NCBI GenBank assembly: GCA_963702845.1
Contig: OY969763.1
Span: 5,568,001-5,632,000, forward strand
Direction of reading: 5' to 3'
Length of the DNA stretch: 64,000 nt
DNA from: an uncultured Verrucomicrobiae bacterium
GTDB lineage: Bacteria; Verrucomicrobiota; Verrucomicrobiia; Limisphaerales; Palsa-1400
In this document: positions 8,767 through 17,483 of the stretch, piece after piece
Numbering within the stretch: the first letter of the stretch is position 1
Layout: each line of letters opens with the position of its first letter
Notes under the pieces: generated by a model
The model's input: only the letters and a program-made list of their open reading frames with translations
The model's database searches: none
What the model was told of the DNA's origin: nothing
Translations under genes and position numbers: made by a program

Positions 8767-10174
8767 CACTGCGTAACGTTTGTTGCACCCTGTTCTTGTT
8801 GGTTTCGCTATTGAGGATCCACGCAGCCGACAAACCCAACATCATCTTCATTCTGACCGACAATCACGGTGCCTGGACGCTCGGCTGCTACGGCAATAAA
8901 GAAATCCAAACACCCAATATCGATCGGCTCGCCAAAGAGGGCATGCTCTTTACCCGCGCTTTCTGCAACAACTCGGTTTGTTCGCCGAGCCGCGCCACCT
9001 TCCTGACCGGCCTATTGCCCTCGCAACACGGCGTTCACGCTTATATCCCTGAATCCGCCCAAATCGGCCCGAAAGCCTATTGTACGATTCAGGAATTTCG
9101 CACATTACCAAAAATCCTCGCTGACTCGGGTTACGTTTGTGGCTTGTCCGGCAAATGGCACCTCGGCGCAAACCTTCAACCGCAAATCGGCTTTTCTTAT
9201 TGGTTCGCCAAAGCGGGAGGCCACACCACCACCTTCTACAACGACGAGATGATCGGCACGGCAAAGTCTACAAAGAACCGAAATACACGACCGATGCCAT
9301 CACCGACCACGCCATCGAGTTCATCGAGCAAAATACAAACAAGCCGTTCTTTCTCTATCTGACCTATAACGGGCCATACGGCTTGGGTAAAGTCGTGCAT
9401 GAAGAGCACAAGAACCGTTGGACCAGCTACTACGCCGACAAGGAAATGAAATCCTTCCCACGCGAGAAGGTCAGTCCATGGTTAAAAGCCAATCGTTTCG
9501 CCGTCGACAATGTGAAAAGCATGCGCAGTTATGCCGCAGCCGTCAGCGGGGTTGATGACGGCATCGGACGGGTCATGGAAAAATTGCGCGCGCTTGGTCT
9601 AGACAAGAACACGCTCGTCGTTTTCGCCGCCGATCAGGGGCTGAACGCCGGTCACGGCGGTTACTGGGGCATGGGCGATCATTCCCGTCCGATCAACACC
9701 CAAGACGCTACCGTTCGCATCCCTCTGATTTTCTGGAAACCCGGCGACATCGCAGCAGGCAAAACCGTCGACATCATGGTGGAGAATCACGACTTCATGG
9801 CCACTGTGCTCGATTTTATAGGTAACCAATCCCAACAGAACACCAATTCACCGGGCAAAACTTTTGCGCCGGTCTTGCGCGGCCAACCCGTCAAATGGGA
9901 CAACGCCATTTACCACGAATTCGAAAACGTGCGCATGATCCGGACGGAGCGATTCAAACTGACGATGCGGCACCCGTTCGGTCCCGATGAATTATACGAC
10001 CTGCAAAATGACCCCGGCGAGCACGAGAACCTGATTTTCGTCGCTCAATACGCCGATGAAAAACGCGCACTGCAAAAAAAGCTCCGGACATTCTTCGATA
10101 AATACGTCGATCCAAAATACGATCGATGGAATGGTGGCATCACCAAAGGCAACGCGATCCTGAAAGAAGAGTGA
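8760..10174 (+). CDS. Secreted Cys-type sulfatase; one frameshift near 9253 in this assembly
   Basis: KPNIIFILTDN, CSPSRATFLTG, GKWHLG in ORF 8760-9362; continues in ORF 9137-10174 with DDGIG, ADQG, ELYDLQNDPGE. Confidence 0.9.
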
Positions 10175-10289
10175 TCGCGGTTTTATTCAAAAATTTTTGT
10201 AAAATATTTTGTGATTCAAGGATTTCCCGCTTGCAACGTCACTGCCCGTTTGGTTTTTATACTACAGCAAATTTTACCAATCAAAAGTC

Positions 10290-10601
10290 ATGTCAGTTCA
10301 TTCGCATTTTCGTCATCAACCGCAGTTTTCTGCAAAAAAGACCGTCAAACCCGTAAACTTCCTCTGCACCATCGATACTGCTCAGCACGTGTCCTTGGTC
10401 GGCGATTTTAATGATTGGCATCCCGAAGCCACGCCGATGGAAAGGCAGCCCGACGGTTGCTGGAGAGCGCAAGTCACGTTGCCAGCCGGTCATCATCACT
10501 ACCAGTTTTTGGTGGACGGCAAGCCGACGCTCGATCCGCGCGCGCAGGGCATTGCCCGCAACGAGCAGAACGAGAAAGTCTGCCTCGTCGCGGTGAGCTA
10601 A
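10290..10601 (+). CDS. Stand-alone CBM48 / AMPK-beta-like glycogen-binding domain protein
   Basis: AQHVSLVGDFNDW, GHHHYQFLVDG, DP. Confidence 0.85.
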   Translation: MSVHSHFRHQPQFSAKKTVKPVNFLCTIDTAQHVSLVGDFNDWHPEATPMERQPDGCWRAQVTLPAGHHHYQFLVDGKPTLDPRAQGIARNEQNEKVCLVAVS

Positions 10602-10622
10602 ATAATGCCGGGTTGCCGGCGT

Positions 10623-11159
10623 TTATAGTTCCGCTTGCAAGGCCTCAAGCATGGAGTCGACGTCCAACTCCCCGTCGTATCGCGTGCCATTGATAAAAAA
10701 GCTGGGCGTGCCGTTCACCTCGCTGCGTGCGCCGCTGATCAAGTCCTGGCGGATACGATTTTCGTGCGCGCCAGAAACGATGTCGCTGGCCACTCGACGC
10801 GCGTCCAACCCCAGTTCCGCCGCATAATTGACGAGGTCGCGATCGTCGAGCGCGTCCTGGTTTTCAAAGAGCAAATCGTGCATTTCCCAGAACCGGCCTT
10901 GTGCACCCGCAGCCTCGGCCGCTTCGGCTGCGTGCTCCGCGTGCGGGTGCATGTTGGTCAGGGGAAAGTGCCGGAATACCAACCGTAGCTGATCGTCCAT
11001 CTGTTCTTCGATCGCCTGCAGAATTGTATGCGCCTGGCCACAGTAGGGACACTCGAAGTCGCCATATTCCACTAGTGTCACCGGCGCTTTTGCCGGTCCA
11101 CGAATATGATCGTGGCGTGTGACTGCAGTTGCGAGTTGAGGTTCGACATGTGCGTTCAT
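10623..11159 (-). CDS. DsbA-family thioredoxin-fold protein
   Basis: VTLVEYGDFECPYC, FRHFPL, VNGTPSFFING. Confidence 0.92.
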   Translation of the reverse strand: MNAHVEPQLATAVTRHDHIRGPAKAPVTLVEYGDFECPYCGQAHTILQAIEEQMDDQLRLVFRHFPLTNMHPHAEHAAEAAEAAGAQGRFWEMHDLLFENQDALDDRDLVNYAAELGLDARRVASDIVSGAHENRIRQDLISGARSEVNGTPSFFINGTRYDGELDVDSMLEALQAEL

Positions 11160-11414
11160 ACGTGTGCCTCCTGTTTGCGTGTCGGTTACTAACCTTGCAC
11201 CTCTACCTTCAGCGTCGCCCCGTGGCGGCCATTCCGCTAGAACTCCTTCCCTGTTATTTGTGCTGCGAAAATAGCCTATGCCTGCGTCGCCGGATTTCCT
11301 GAGGCAAACTGGCGGGTGCGGTTACTACATCTGCTGACTTGGATAAACTGAAGTGCGGAGCAGGTTGCATTAACGGGTTTTGGCAAAAAACGCCCCCGCC
11401 AAAAAGGAGGAATT

Positions 11415-12011
11415 ATGAATGGAAACCGTCTGGAGATTGGAACTCTTGCCGATTTAGTTTCGCGTAACTGGTGGGTGTTCGCGCTACGTGGAGTCGCTGC
11501 GATTATTTTCGGAGTGCTCGCATGGGTTTGGCCGGGCATGACATTGTTGGCCTTGGTCTACTTGTTCGCCATATACGCAATCGTGTTCGGGATTTTGTCG
11601 CTCGTTGCGGCTGGGAGCGGGCCGAAAGGACTTCCACGCTTCGGTAATATTATCTTCTCGGGATTATTGAGCATCGCTGCTGGAGTGATTGCGTTCCTGA
11701 TGCCAGGATCGACGGCGATGGCATTGCTGTTCCTGATTGCATTTTGGGCAATTGTGACCGGCATTACGGAAATCACAGCGGCGATTCGCTTGCGCAAAAT
11801 CATTCGCAACGAATGGTGGTTGGCCCTGGTTGGCGTCTGTTCCGTAATATTCGGCTTCCTGCTGATATTGAGGCCGGGCGCAGGCGCACTCGCATTGCTT
11901 TGGTGGATCGGCACGTTTGCAATCATCATCGGCGCGTTGCTGATCGCATTCGCGTTCGAGGTGCGCGGTGTCGGTCGCGCGATGGTAACGCCACCACCAG
12001 CTCCCGCGTAA
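11415..12011 (+). CDS. HdeD / DUF308 family membrane protein
   Basis: NWWVFALRGVAAIIFGVLAWVWPG, repeated TM hairpins, AAIRLRK; strong AGGAGG RBS. Confidence 0.9.
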   Translation: MNGNRLEIGTLADLVSRNWWVFALRGVAAIIFGVLAWVWPGMTLLALVYLFAIYAIVFGILSLVAAGSGPKGLPRFGNIIFSGLLSIAAGVIAFLMPGSTAMALLFLIAFWAIVTGITEITAAIRLRKIIRNEWWLALVGVCSVIFGFLLILRPGAGALALLWWIGTFAIIIGALLIAFAFEVRGVGRAMVTPPPAPA

Positions 12012-14192
12012 CTATTTTGCCGCCGGAGCGATGACAGCGGGCGCAGTGTTTGTTGGCAACGCGGGTGCAGCTTTCGCTGCGTCCAACTTGGGTTTCAATT
12101 GTCCGAACCACAGATACAGTCCCAGGCCAATCAGCAAGATTGCGCCAATAGCAATACTCCGATTGCGGCCTTTGTGGTCTTCGGCAAACGGATCTACCAA
12201 ATTGCGTTGTGACCCCGGAGGCAATACCGCTACCTGAGTGAGCGATTGTCCGAACGGAATATTGATTTTCGCCTTGGAGTTGATTGCCCAACCGTTGGCA
12301 TCCAACAGCGGTCCGAGATTCCGTCGGCGCAATTTGAGCGCCGCCATAATCACTGACGGCAACGAGATGCCGATGATCAACCCGAAGCAAACCAACGGAA
12401 TCAAATACGGCGGTTTGATATTGAAGATGCTCGCGAAAATGGTACCTGCCGCGCCGAGCATTGTAGTTAAAACCAAACCAATAGCGGCAAGAGTGCCGGT
12501 ATCGATCTTCGGTGGCGTAGCTGGGGCCGGTGCCGTCGTCGCAGCCGTGGTCAATTGTGCGCTGACGTTCGCATCAGCAGCGGCGGCCCGTTTGGCGGCG
12601 TGTTCTTCGATGGCGCGCACCAGCTTCTTGTAAGGTGCCCAGAATGCCTGTTGCACGCTCATCGGGTTGTCGATGATCTTCACGATTGTCGCGTCCCAAT
12701 CCTGCCCTTTTCGGTCGTAAAAAACGCCGTTGCGTCCCACCATCAAATTATCTGAATCACCCGCCGTGAACGCCGCCACGATTTGGCGCGTTTCACCGGT
12801 TGCCTTGCGCACGCAATCGCAATACGCCAGATACGTTCCCGACAAACCAGCCAATGACGCGTGTTTACCCGAGTCATGCACAGGCATGCACAAATCGCAA
12901 CTGCGCTGGTCGAGGTACAACACGCCCGACTGGAAAACCGCCTTGTGCCTGCGGCTGTAGAAATCGTGGAACGAAACAAAATTGCACAACAACCGATAAA
13001 AATCGCGGTGAAATCGCACCAGCTTGTCCACCGCTGCAATCGCGTTGGCTTCCGGTTCAAGCGCCTTGTCGCGCACAATCAGCGCATCGAGCGCGCCCTT
13101 CGTATTATCCGCGAGCAACTCGCGCACGTGTTTCACGCCAAGCTTCTCCACCGGCGCACCGGTCTTGGCAGCTTCCCATGCGTCGTAAGGAACAAACTTT
13201 GCCGACACCATCTGCCATTCCGCTTCCGTTAGCATCTCTTTATCACCGACAAACGGCTTCAGGACATTCGCGTCCAAAGCCGCCAGTGCTGCCAACCACG
13301 CCGGATTAATCGCATCCTTTAATGGCAACGCCTTGTGCGCTTCCACTCGCGCCAACGGGAAACTCGCCACTTCCGCCGCCGTAATTGACAAATCTTTCGC
13401 TACGAGTGCCAGGTATTCTTTCTCTTCACGATTCAGCGCCACCAACGCGCGGGAATCAAACGCGGCCAATCGGCAACGCGCAAAAAAATCATCCACCTTA
13501 TGCCGCACCGCGCGGAACGCCGCCACAGCCGCCGTCGTATTCTGTCCGAGCGGCAAAATCGCCGCATCCGTTTCCGATTTCGTCCACCAATCCGAAAACG
13601 CCTGTGCCTCTTTGAAAAACGAATCAATCTTCAGTTGATTAATGCCCGGCTTTCCGCTCCGGTCCGCTTCCGAACCAAAGCACGCAATCACATCCTTGAT
13701 TGCCGCCTGAATCGCCGGTTCCGCGCTGACTTCCACGTGAATGATCCCATCGCCATTAAAATTCGTCTGCGCGAAAATCTTCACCGTATCCGCAGTGTCC
13801 TCGGGCGTGATTATGTCGGCATCTTTTTTGCCGAGATTCGCCAAAAGCTGTTTGGCCGAACAATAAAGTTGATGCCCCTCGGGTGTCTCCGTGTTGATTT
13901 CCGCCAACGGCAATGCCGGGGCCGATTTCAACAACGAATCCGGATTCTTCAAACTGGCGCACGTCCATTTCGCCGCTGCCAAGATTTCCGGCACGCGAAT
14001 ACGTCCGTCCTTGTCTGTATCCAAAAGCGCGAGCGTCTTGGCATCGAACTCCAACCCTTGTGTCGGGCACACCAGCGCCACCCAAAGTTTCGGATCCAAT
14101 TGATCAAGGTTCGCGATATCCGCGCCCGATTTAATCTTAACTTGGTCAAATCCGCCGGCACGGAAGAAATGCCAATTATGTTGTTGGGCCAT
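12012..14192 (-). CDS. Large hypothetical membrane protein with an EF-hand-like loop
   Basis: DTDKDGRIRVPE loop, long helical body, VGRNGVFYDRKGQDWDATI, C-terminal TM segments around RRRNLGPLLDANGWAIN. Confidence 0.8.
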   Translation of the reverse strand: MAQQHNWHFFRAGGFDQVKIKSGADIANLDQLDPKLWVALVCPTQGLEFDAKTLALLDTDKDGRIRVPEILAAAKWTCASLKNPDSLLKSAPALPLAEINTETPEGHQLYCSAKQLLANLGKKDADIITPEDTADTVKIFAQTNFNGDGIIHVEVSAEPAIQAAIKDVIACFGSEADRSGKPGINQLKIDSFFKEAQAFSDWWTKSETDAAILPLGQNTTAAVAAFRAVRHKVDDFFARCRLAAFDSRALVALNREEKEYLALVAKDLSITAAEVASFPLARVEAHKALPLKDAINPAWLAALAALDANVLKPFVGDKEMLTEAEWQMVSAKFVPYDAWEAAKTGAPVEKLGVKHVRELLADNTKGALDALIVRDKALEPEANAIAAVDKLVRFHRDFYRLLCNFVSFHDFYSRRHKAVFQSGVLYLDQRSCDLCMPVHDSGKHASLAGLSGTYLAYCDCVRKATGETRQIVAAFTAGDSDNLMVGRNGVFYDRKGQDWDATIVKIIDNPMSVQQAFWAPYKKLVRAIEEHAAKRAAAADANVSAQLTTAATTAPAPATPPKIDTGTLAAIGLVLTTMLGAAGTIFASIFNIKPPYLIPLVCFGLIIGISLPSVIMAALKLRRRNLGPLLDANGWAINSKAKINIPFGQSLTQVAVLPPGSQRNLVDPFAEDHKGRNRSIAIGAILLIGLGLYLWFGQLKPKLDAAKAAPALPTNTAPAVIAPAAK

Positions 14193-14215
14193 AACTCAGT
14201 TTTCTGGGTTGAGGT

Positions 14216-15142
14216 TTACAGGAAGAAATAAATATAAATCGCGAATCCGACCGCCATGATTCCCGCCGCTGCCGCAATTGACCAAAGCAAATTCCGCTTG
14301 CGCGCCGCCATCGCGAAGGTCGCAATGATCACCGCCGCTTGTGCTGACAACATCCCGAAGAAAAACTGCTGGCTGCGTTTGTGATGCCGTTCCGCCGATA
14401 AATTACTCTTCTTCACCTGCAGTTCGTAAAGAGCCGCCACCGTCTGGTTCAGTCGCGCCTCCGCGTCATAGCGCGCCGCCGCAAAGCGCAATCGCGCCGC
14501 CGTAAAATCGCGCACGAGCGGACGGGAAACCTGCGTCATACCTCCGCCCGTTTTCCCCAGCGCCGCATCCACTTTATCTACCGCTATGCTCAACGGCTTC
14601 ATCGCTGTATCAAAAGCATGCGTCTGCTCAACCGCCGCGCGAACCGCAGCTTGCAACGCCGTCTCATTCACCTTCTGCACCGCCGCGGTAAACTCCTCTT
14701 CCGGCGCCTGATTGGCGAACGCTGCCATCGCACTCTCAATATCCGCATCGAACTTCAACGGCGTCGCCGCTGGCAAATGCGCGCTCCGCACTGAATCAAG
14801 AGATTCCTTGAAACTGGCCTCGCTGAACGTCGCATCCAACTTCGTCACCGCGTCCGTATCCAGCGCGCCGACGTCTGTCGTCGACTGCATGATATCCACC
14901 GTGTTTCGCTGCAATTGGCTGCGCAGCTTCTTTGCCTGGAAAAAATTCCACTGATCGCCGGCCTTCGATTGCTGTTGCGCCGCGAGCGAACGCGTATATT
15001 GCGCGATCGTCATCTCTCGCGTGGCCAAACCGGCCAGCAACGTCGCCACCACTGTCATCACGATCGGCGTGACTGCCAGGATTTTGCCAAAAGAGGTTTG
15101 CGGCAAATCGGCCTTCAGTTCGTCAGGTATTTTTGTCTTCAT
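14216..15142 (-). CDS. DUF4337 family membrane protein
   Basis: N-terminal TM, KAGDQWNFFQAK motif, long helical region, two C-terminal TM segments. Confidence 0.75.
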   Translation of the reverse strand: MKTKIPDELKADLPQTSFGKILAVTPIVMTVVATLLAGLATREMTIAQYTRSLAAQQQSKAGDQWNFFQAKKLRSQLQRNTVDIMQSTTDVGALDTDAVTKLDATFSEASFKESLDSVRSAHLPAATPLKFDADIESAMAAFANQAPEEEFTAAVQKVNETALQAAVRAAVEQTHAFDTAMKPLSIAVDKVDAALGKTGGGMTQVSRPLVRDFTAARLRFAAARYDAEARLNQTVAALYELQVKKSNLSAERHHKRSQQFFFGMLSAQAAVIIATFAMAARKRNLLWSIAAAAGIMAVGFAIYIYFFL

Positions 15143-15278
15143 GCGTGTGCGGGAGCCCGCTTAGAACCTGTATTATAGGGGGATTCCTCAACGCGCCAAC
15201 AGCATATTCTGGTGACCTAAATCAAAGCACCCCCGAACAGTGCCGAATAATATCCTAGATTCTGACGTCTGATTGGCC

Positions 15279-16247
15279 ATGCGACTACGCGCACACTATT
15301 TCATTTGGGTGTTGGCACTGGGACTGACGGTCAGTTGCGCCGCGAAGCCGCCCGCAACGCACACTTATAAAAACCCGTTGCTCCCCGAATACGGCTTCGC
15401 TGATCCCGATGTCCTCAAAGTCGGCACCACCTATTATCTCTATCCCACCTACGACACCCGTAGCGGCTATGACGTTTTCACCAGTCAAGACCTCGTGAAC
15501 TGGAAACCGGCTGGGCGTTGTTTCGACGACCCGCGCGGCGGTGCGTGGGCCCCGGATGTCTTCCACAACAAACGTGGCGACGGCAAATTTTACCTCTACT
15601 ACACCGACAGCAACACCAACACCGTTGACCCCCTCAATCTCGACCATAAACAAATTGGGGTCGCCGTCGCCGACAGTCCACTCGGCCCTTTTAAAGACAA
15701 AGGCGTTCTGGCCGCAGAAGCCATCGACGCCCATCTCTTCCAGGATGACGACGGCAAAATGTATCTCTACTATGTCCACTTCGACAACGGCTTCAAACTC
15801 ACAGCCCAACGCATGCGTGATGCCGTCACCAAAGAAGGCGCACCTGTGGCTGTCATCTGGCCGACTGAAGAATGGGAAATGCGCAGTGGCTGGGTCACCG
15901 AAGGCCCGTTCATGGTCAAACACGACGGCACTTACTATCTGATGTTCTCCGGCTCGGGCGCCGACACGCCCAACTACGGCATCGGCTACGCGACGAGCAA
16001 ATCACCAATGGGCCCGTTTAAAAAATATCCCGGCAACCCGATTGCCCATCGCGGCGGCAACGTCGTTGGCCCTGGCCACCACTGCGTCATTGAAGGCCCC
16101 GACCACAAACTTTGGATGGTCTACCATCAGAAATGGGACGACAGCATCAGCTACCACCGATTTTTGGCGCTGGATCCGTTATGGTTTGACAGAAACGGAG
16201 TGATGCACGCCCGCGTTTCGCGTGACACCCCTGAACCGGCGCCATAA
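15279..16247 (+). CDS. Glycoside hydrolase family 43 (secreted or lipoprotein)
   Basis: FADPDV, WAPDV, IDAHLFQDDDGKMYLY, EGPF, GPGHH. Confidence 0.92.
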   Translation: MRLRAHYFIWVLALGLTVSCAAKPPATHTYKNPLLPEYGFADPDVLKVGTTYYLYPTYDTRSGYDVFTSQDLVNWKPAGRCFDDPRGGAWAPDVFHNKRGDGKFYLYYTDSNTNTVDPLNLDHKQIGVAVADSPLGPFKDKGVLAAEAIDAHLFQDDDGKMYLYYVHFDNGFKLTAQRMRDAVTKEGAPVAVIWPTEEWEMRSGWVTEGPFMVKHDGTYYLMFSGSGADTPNYGIGYATSKSPMGPFKKYPGNPIAHRGGNVVGPGHHCVIEGPDHKLWMVYHQKWDDSISYHRFLALDPLWFDRNGVMHARVSRDTPEPAP

Positions 16248-16285
16248 GGAATTGGAGCGCGGACAAAATACCCGCGCTCCATTCC
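16248..16285. terminator. Hairpin between convergent genes (likely bidirectional terminator or REP-like palindrome)
   Basis: GGAATTGGAGCGCGG ... CCGCGCTCCATTCC inverted repeat. Confidence 0.6.
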
Positions 16286-16303
16286 GTCATTCAAACTTCC
16301 GTT

Positions 16304-16915
16304 CTACAACACAGGCACCGTTTCAGCTAATTCCTGCGTGTGCTCCTCCCGCGGTTGCGCAAATGCCATCGCAAACTCATTCACCATGGCTTGATTAAAT
16401 TGCGGAATATCATCCGGCTTCCGGCTCGTCACCAGATTAGAATCCGTCACTACCGATTCATCCACCCATTGCGCACCGGCATTGGTCAAATCCGTCTTCA
16501 ACGACGGCCACGACGTCATGCGCCGACCCCGCACCACATCCGCTTCGATCAACAACTGCGGTCCGTGACAAATTGCCGCCACCGGTTTATTCGCATCGAA
16601 GAACGACTTCACAAACTCCACCGCACCCGCATTGATGCGCAACTTATCCGGATTCAGCACACCACCGGGCAACAATAACGCGTCGTAATCCTGGATACTC
16701 GCCTGGTCCAGCGGCACATCCACATTGAATTTGCTCCCCCACTTCGTCTCCTTCCACCCGCGCACCGTCTGACTCGTCGGCGCGACCGGTGAAATCAAGA
16801 CCGTCTTCGCACCGGCTTTATCAAGCGCCTTGCGAGGCTTTACCATTTCCACTTGTTCAAACCCATCCGTGACGAGAATCGCCACGCGTTTACCGTTCAA
16901 AACATTTTTAGCCAT
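16304..16915 (-). CDS. PfpI/YhbO family (DJ-1) deglycase/protease
   Basis: RVAILVTDGFEQVE, LPGGVLNPDKLR, AAICHGP, VTSRKPDD; AGGAGG RBS before ATG 16915. Confidence 0.93.
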   Translation of the reverse strand: MAKNVLNGKRVAILVTDGFEQVEMVKPRKALDKAGAKTVLISPVAPTSQTVRGWKETKWGSKFNVDVPLDQASIQDYDALLLPGGVLNPDKLRINAGAVEFVKSFFDANKPVAAICHGPQLLIEADVVRGRRMTSWPSLKTDLTNAGAQWVDESVVTDSNLVTSRKPDDIPQFNQAMVNEFAMAFAQPREEHTQELAETVPVL

Positions 16916-17079
16916 AAAAACCTCCTTCAAAAAACTCATACACCCTCCTAATTCACCATCGAACAGCCCCACGAAACCGCAACACCCAACGTTGCCATTC
17001 TGCCGCTTCTGATGCCCTCTCAGCTCTCTCCCCGTTGCGTCTTTCCGACCTTCGTGCCTTTGCGTTGAAAGTTGCTGTA

Positions 17080-17120
17080 AGAAAGCGAAAGCCGGGACTT
17101 GGAAAAATCCAAATCCCGGC
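17080..17120 (-). terminator. Intrinsic terminator-like hairpin with no annotated gene upstream of it
   Basis: Minus strand GCCGGGATTTGGA-TTTT-TCCAAGTCCCGGC followed by TTTCGCTTTCTT. Confidence 0.55.
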
Positions 17121-17429
17121 CATTCCGCGATAGCCATCGCGGTTATCCCTCACCCCTTGGTTCCGATCACCCCTGCCGGAACCTCTGCCTCCCTTGGCGA
17201 ATCCCGTGATTACACTCGCTTTTTCTGTCCAAAGTCTCAATGGGGACAAAGCTGGTTTAGAACGTCGGCACTCACACTTGAAACCCGATGCGAACTTAGT
17301 CCCCTTAAGCATGCAGACAGCCCCCACCTACCCCCTCTGACCCGTCACGCCGTCCCAAGCCGCGTAGGACATTGGTGGTGGCAGTTCCCCCAATCCAGTA
17401 GACACGCCTGACGGCAGCCAGGACGGGAA

Positions 17430-17447
17430 TTTACAATTTCATGACAA
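17430..17447 (+). promoter_or_regulatory. Candidate OmpR/PhoB-type binding box TTTACAA-N5-TGACAA upstream of the sensor kinase
   Basis: TTTACAATTTCATGACAA; the same motif recurs at 20328. Confidence 0.5.
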
Positions 17448-17483
17448 ATCCGGCCTGTGCGTCTATTAGGCTGGGCAAACATA

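Noticed and set aside
15161..15265. IS5-like terminal inverted repeats (TTAGAACCTGT ... AGATTCTGA)
   Set aside because: Match between the two ends is weak and there is no transposase
16916..17137. N-terminal extension of the PfpI ORF given in the track
   Set aside because: It runs through a terminator and a repeat; a strong RBS supports ATG 16915
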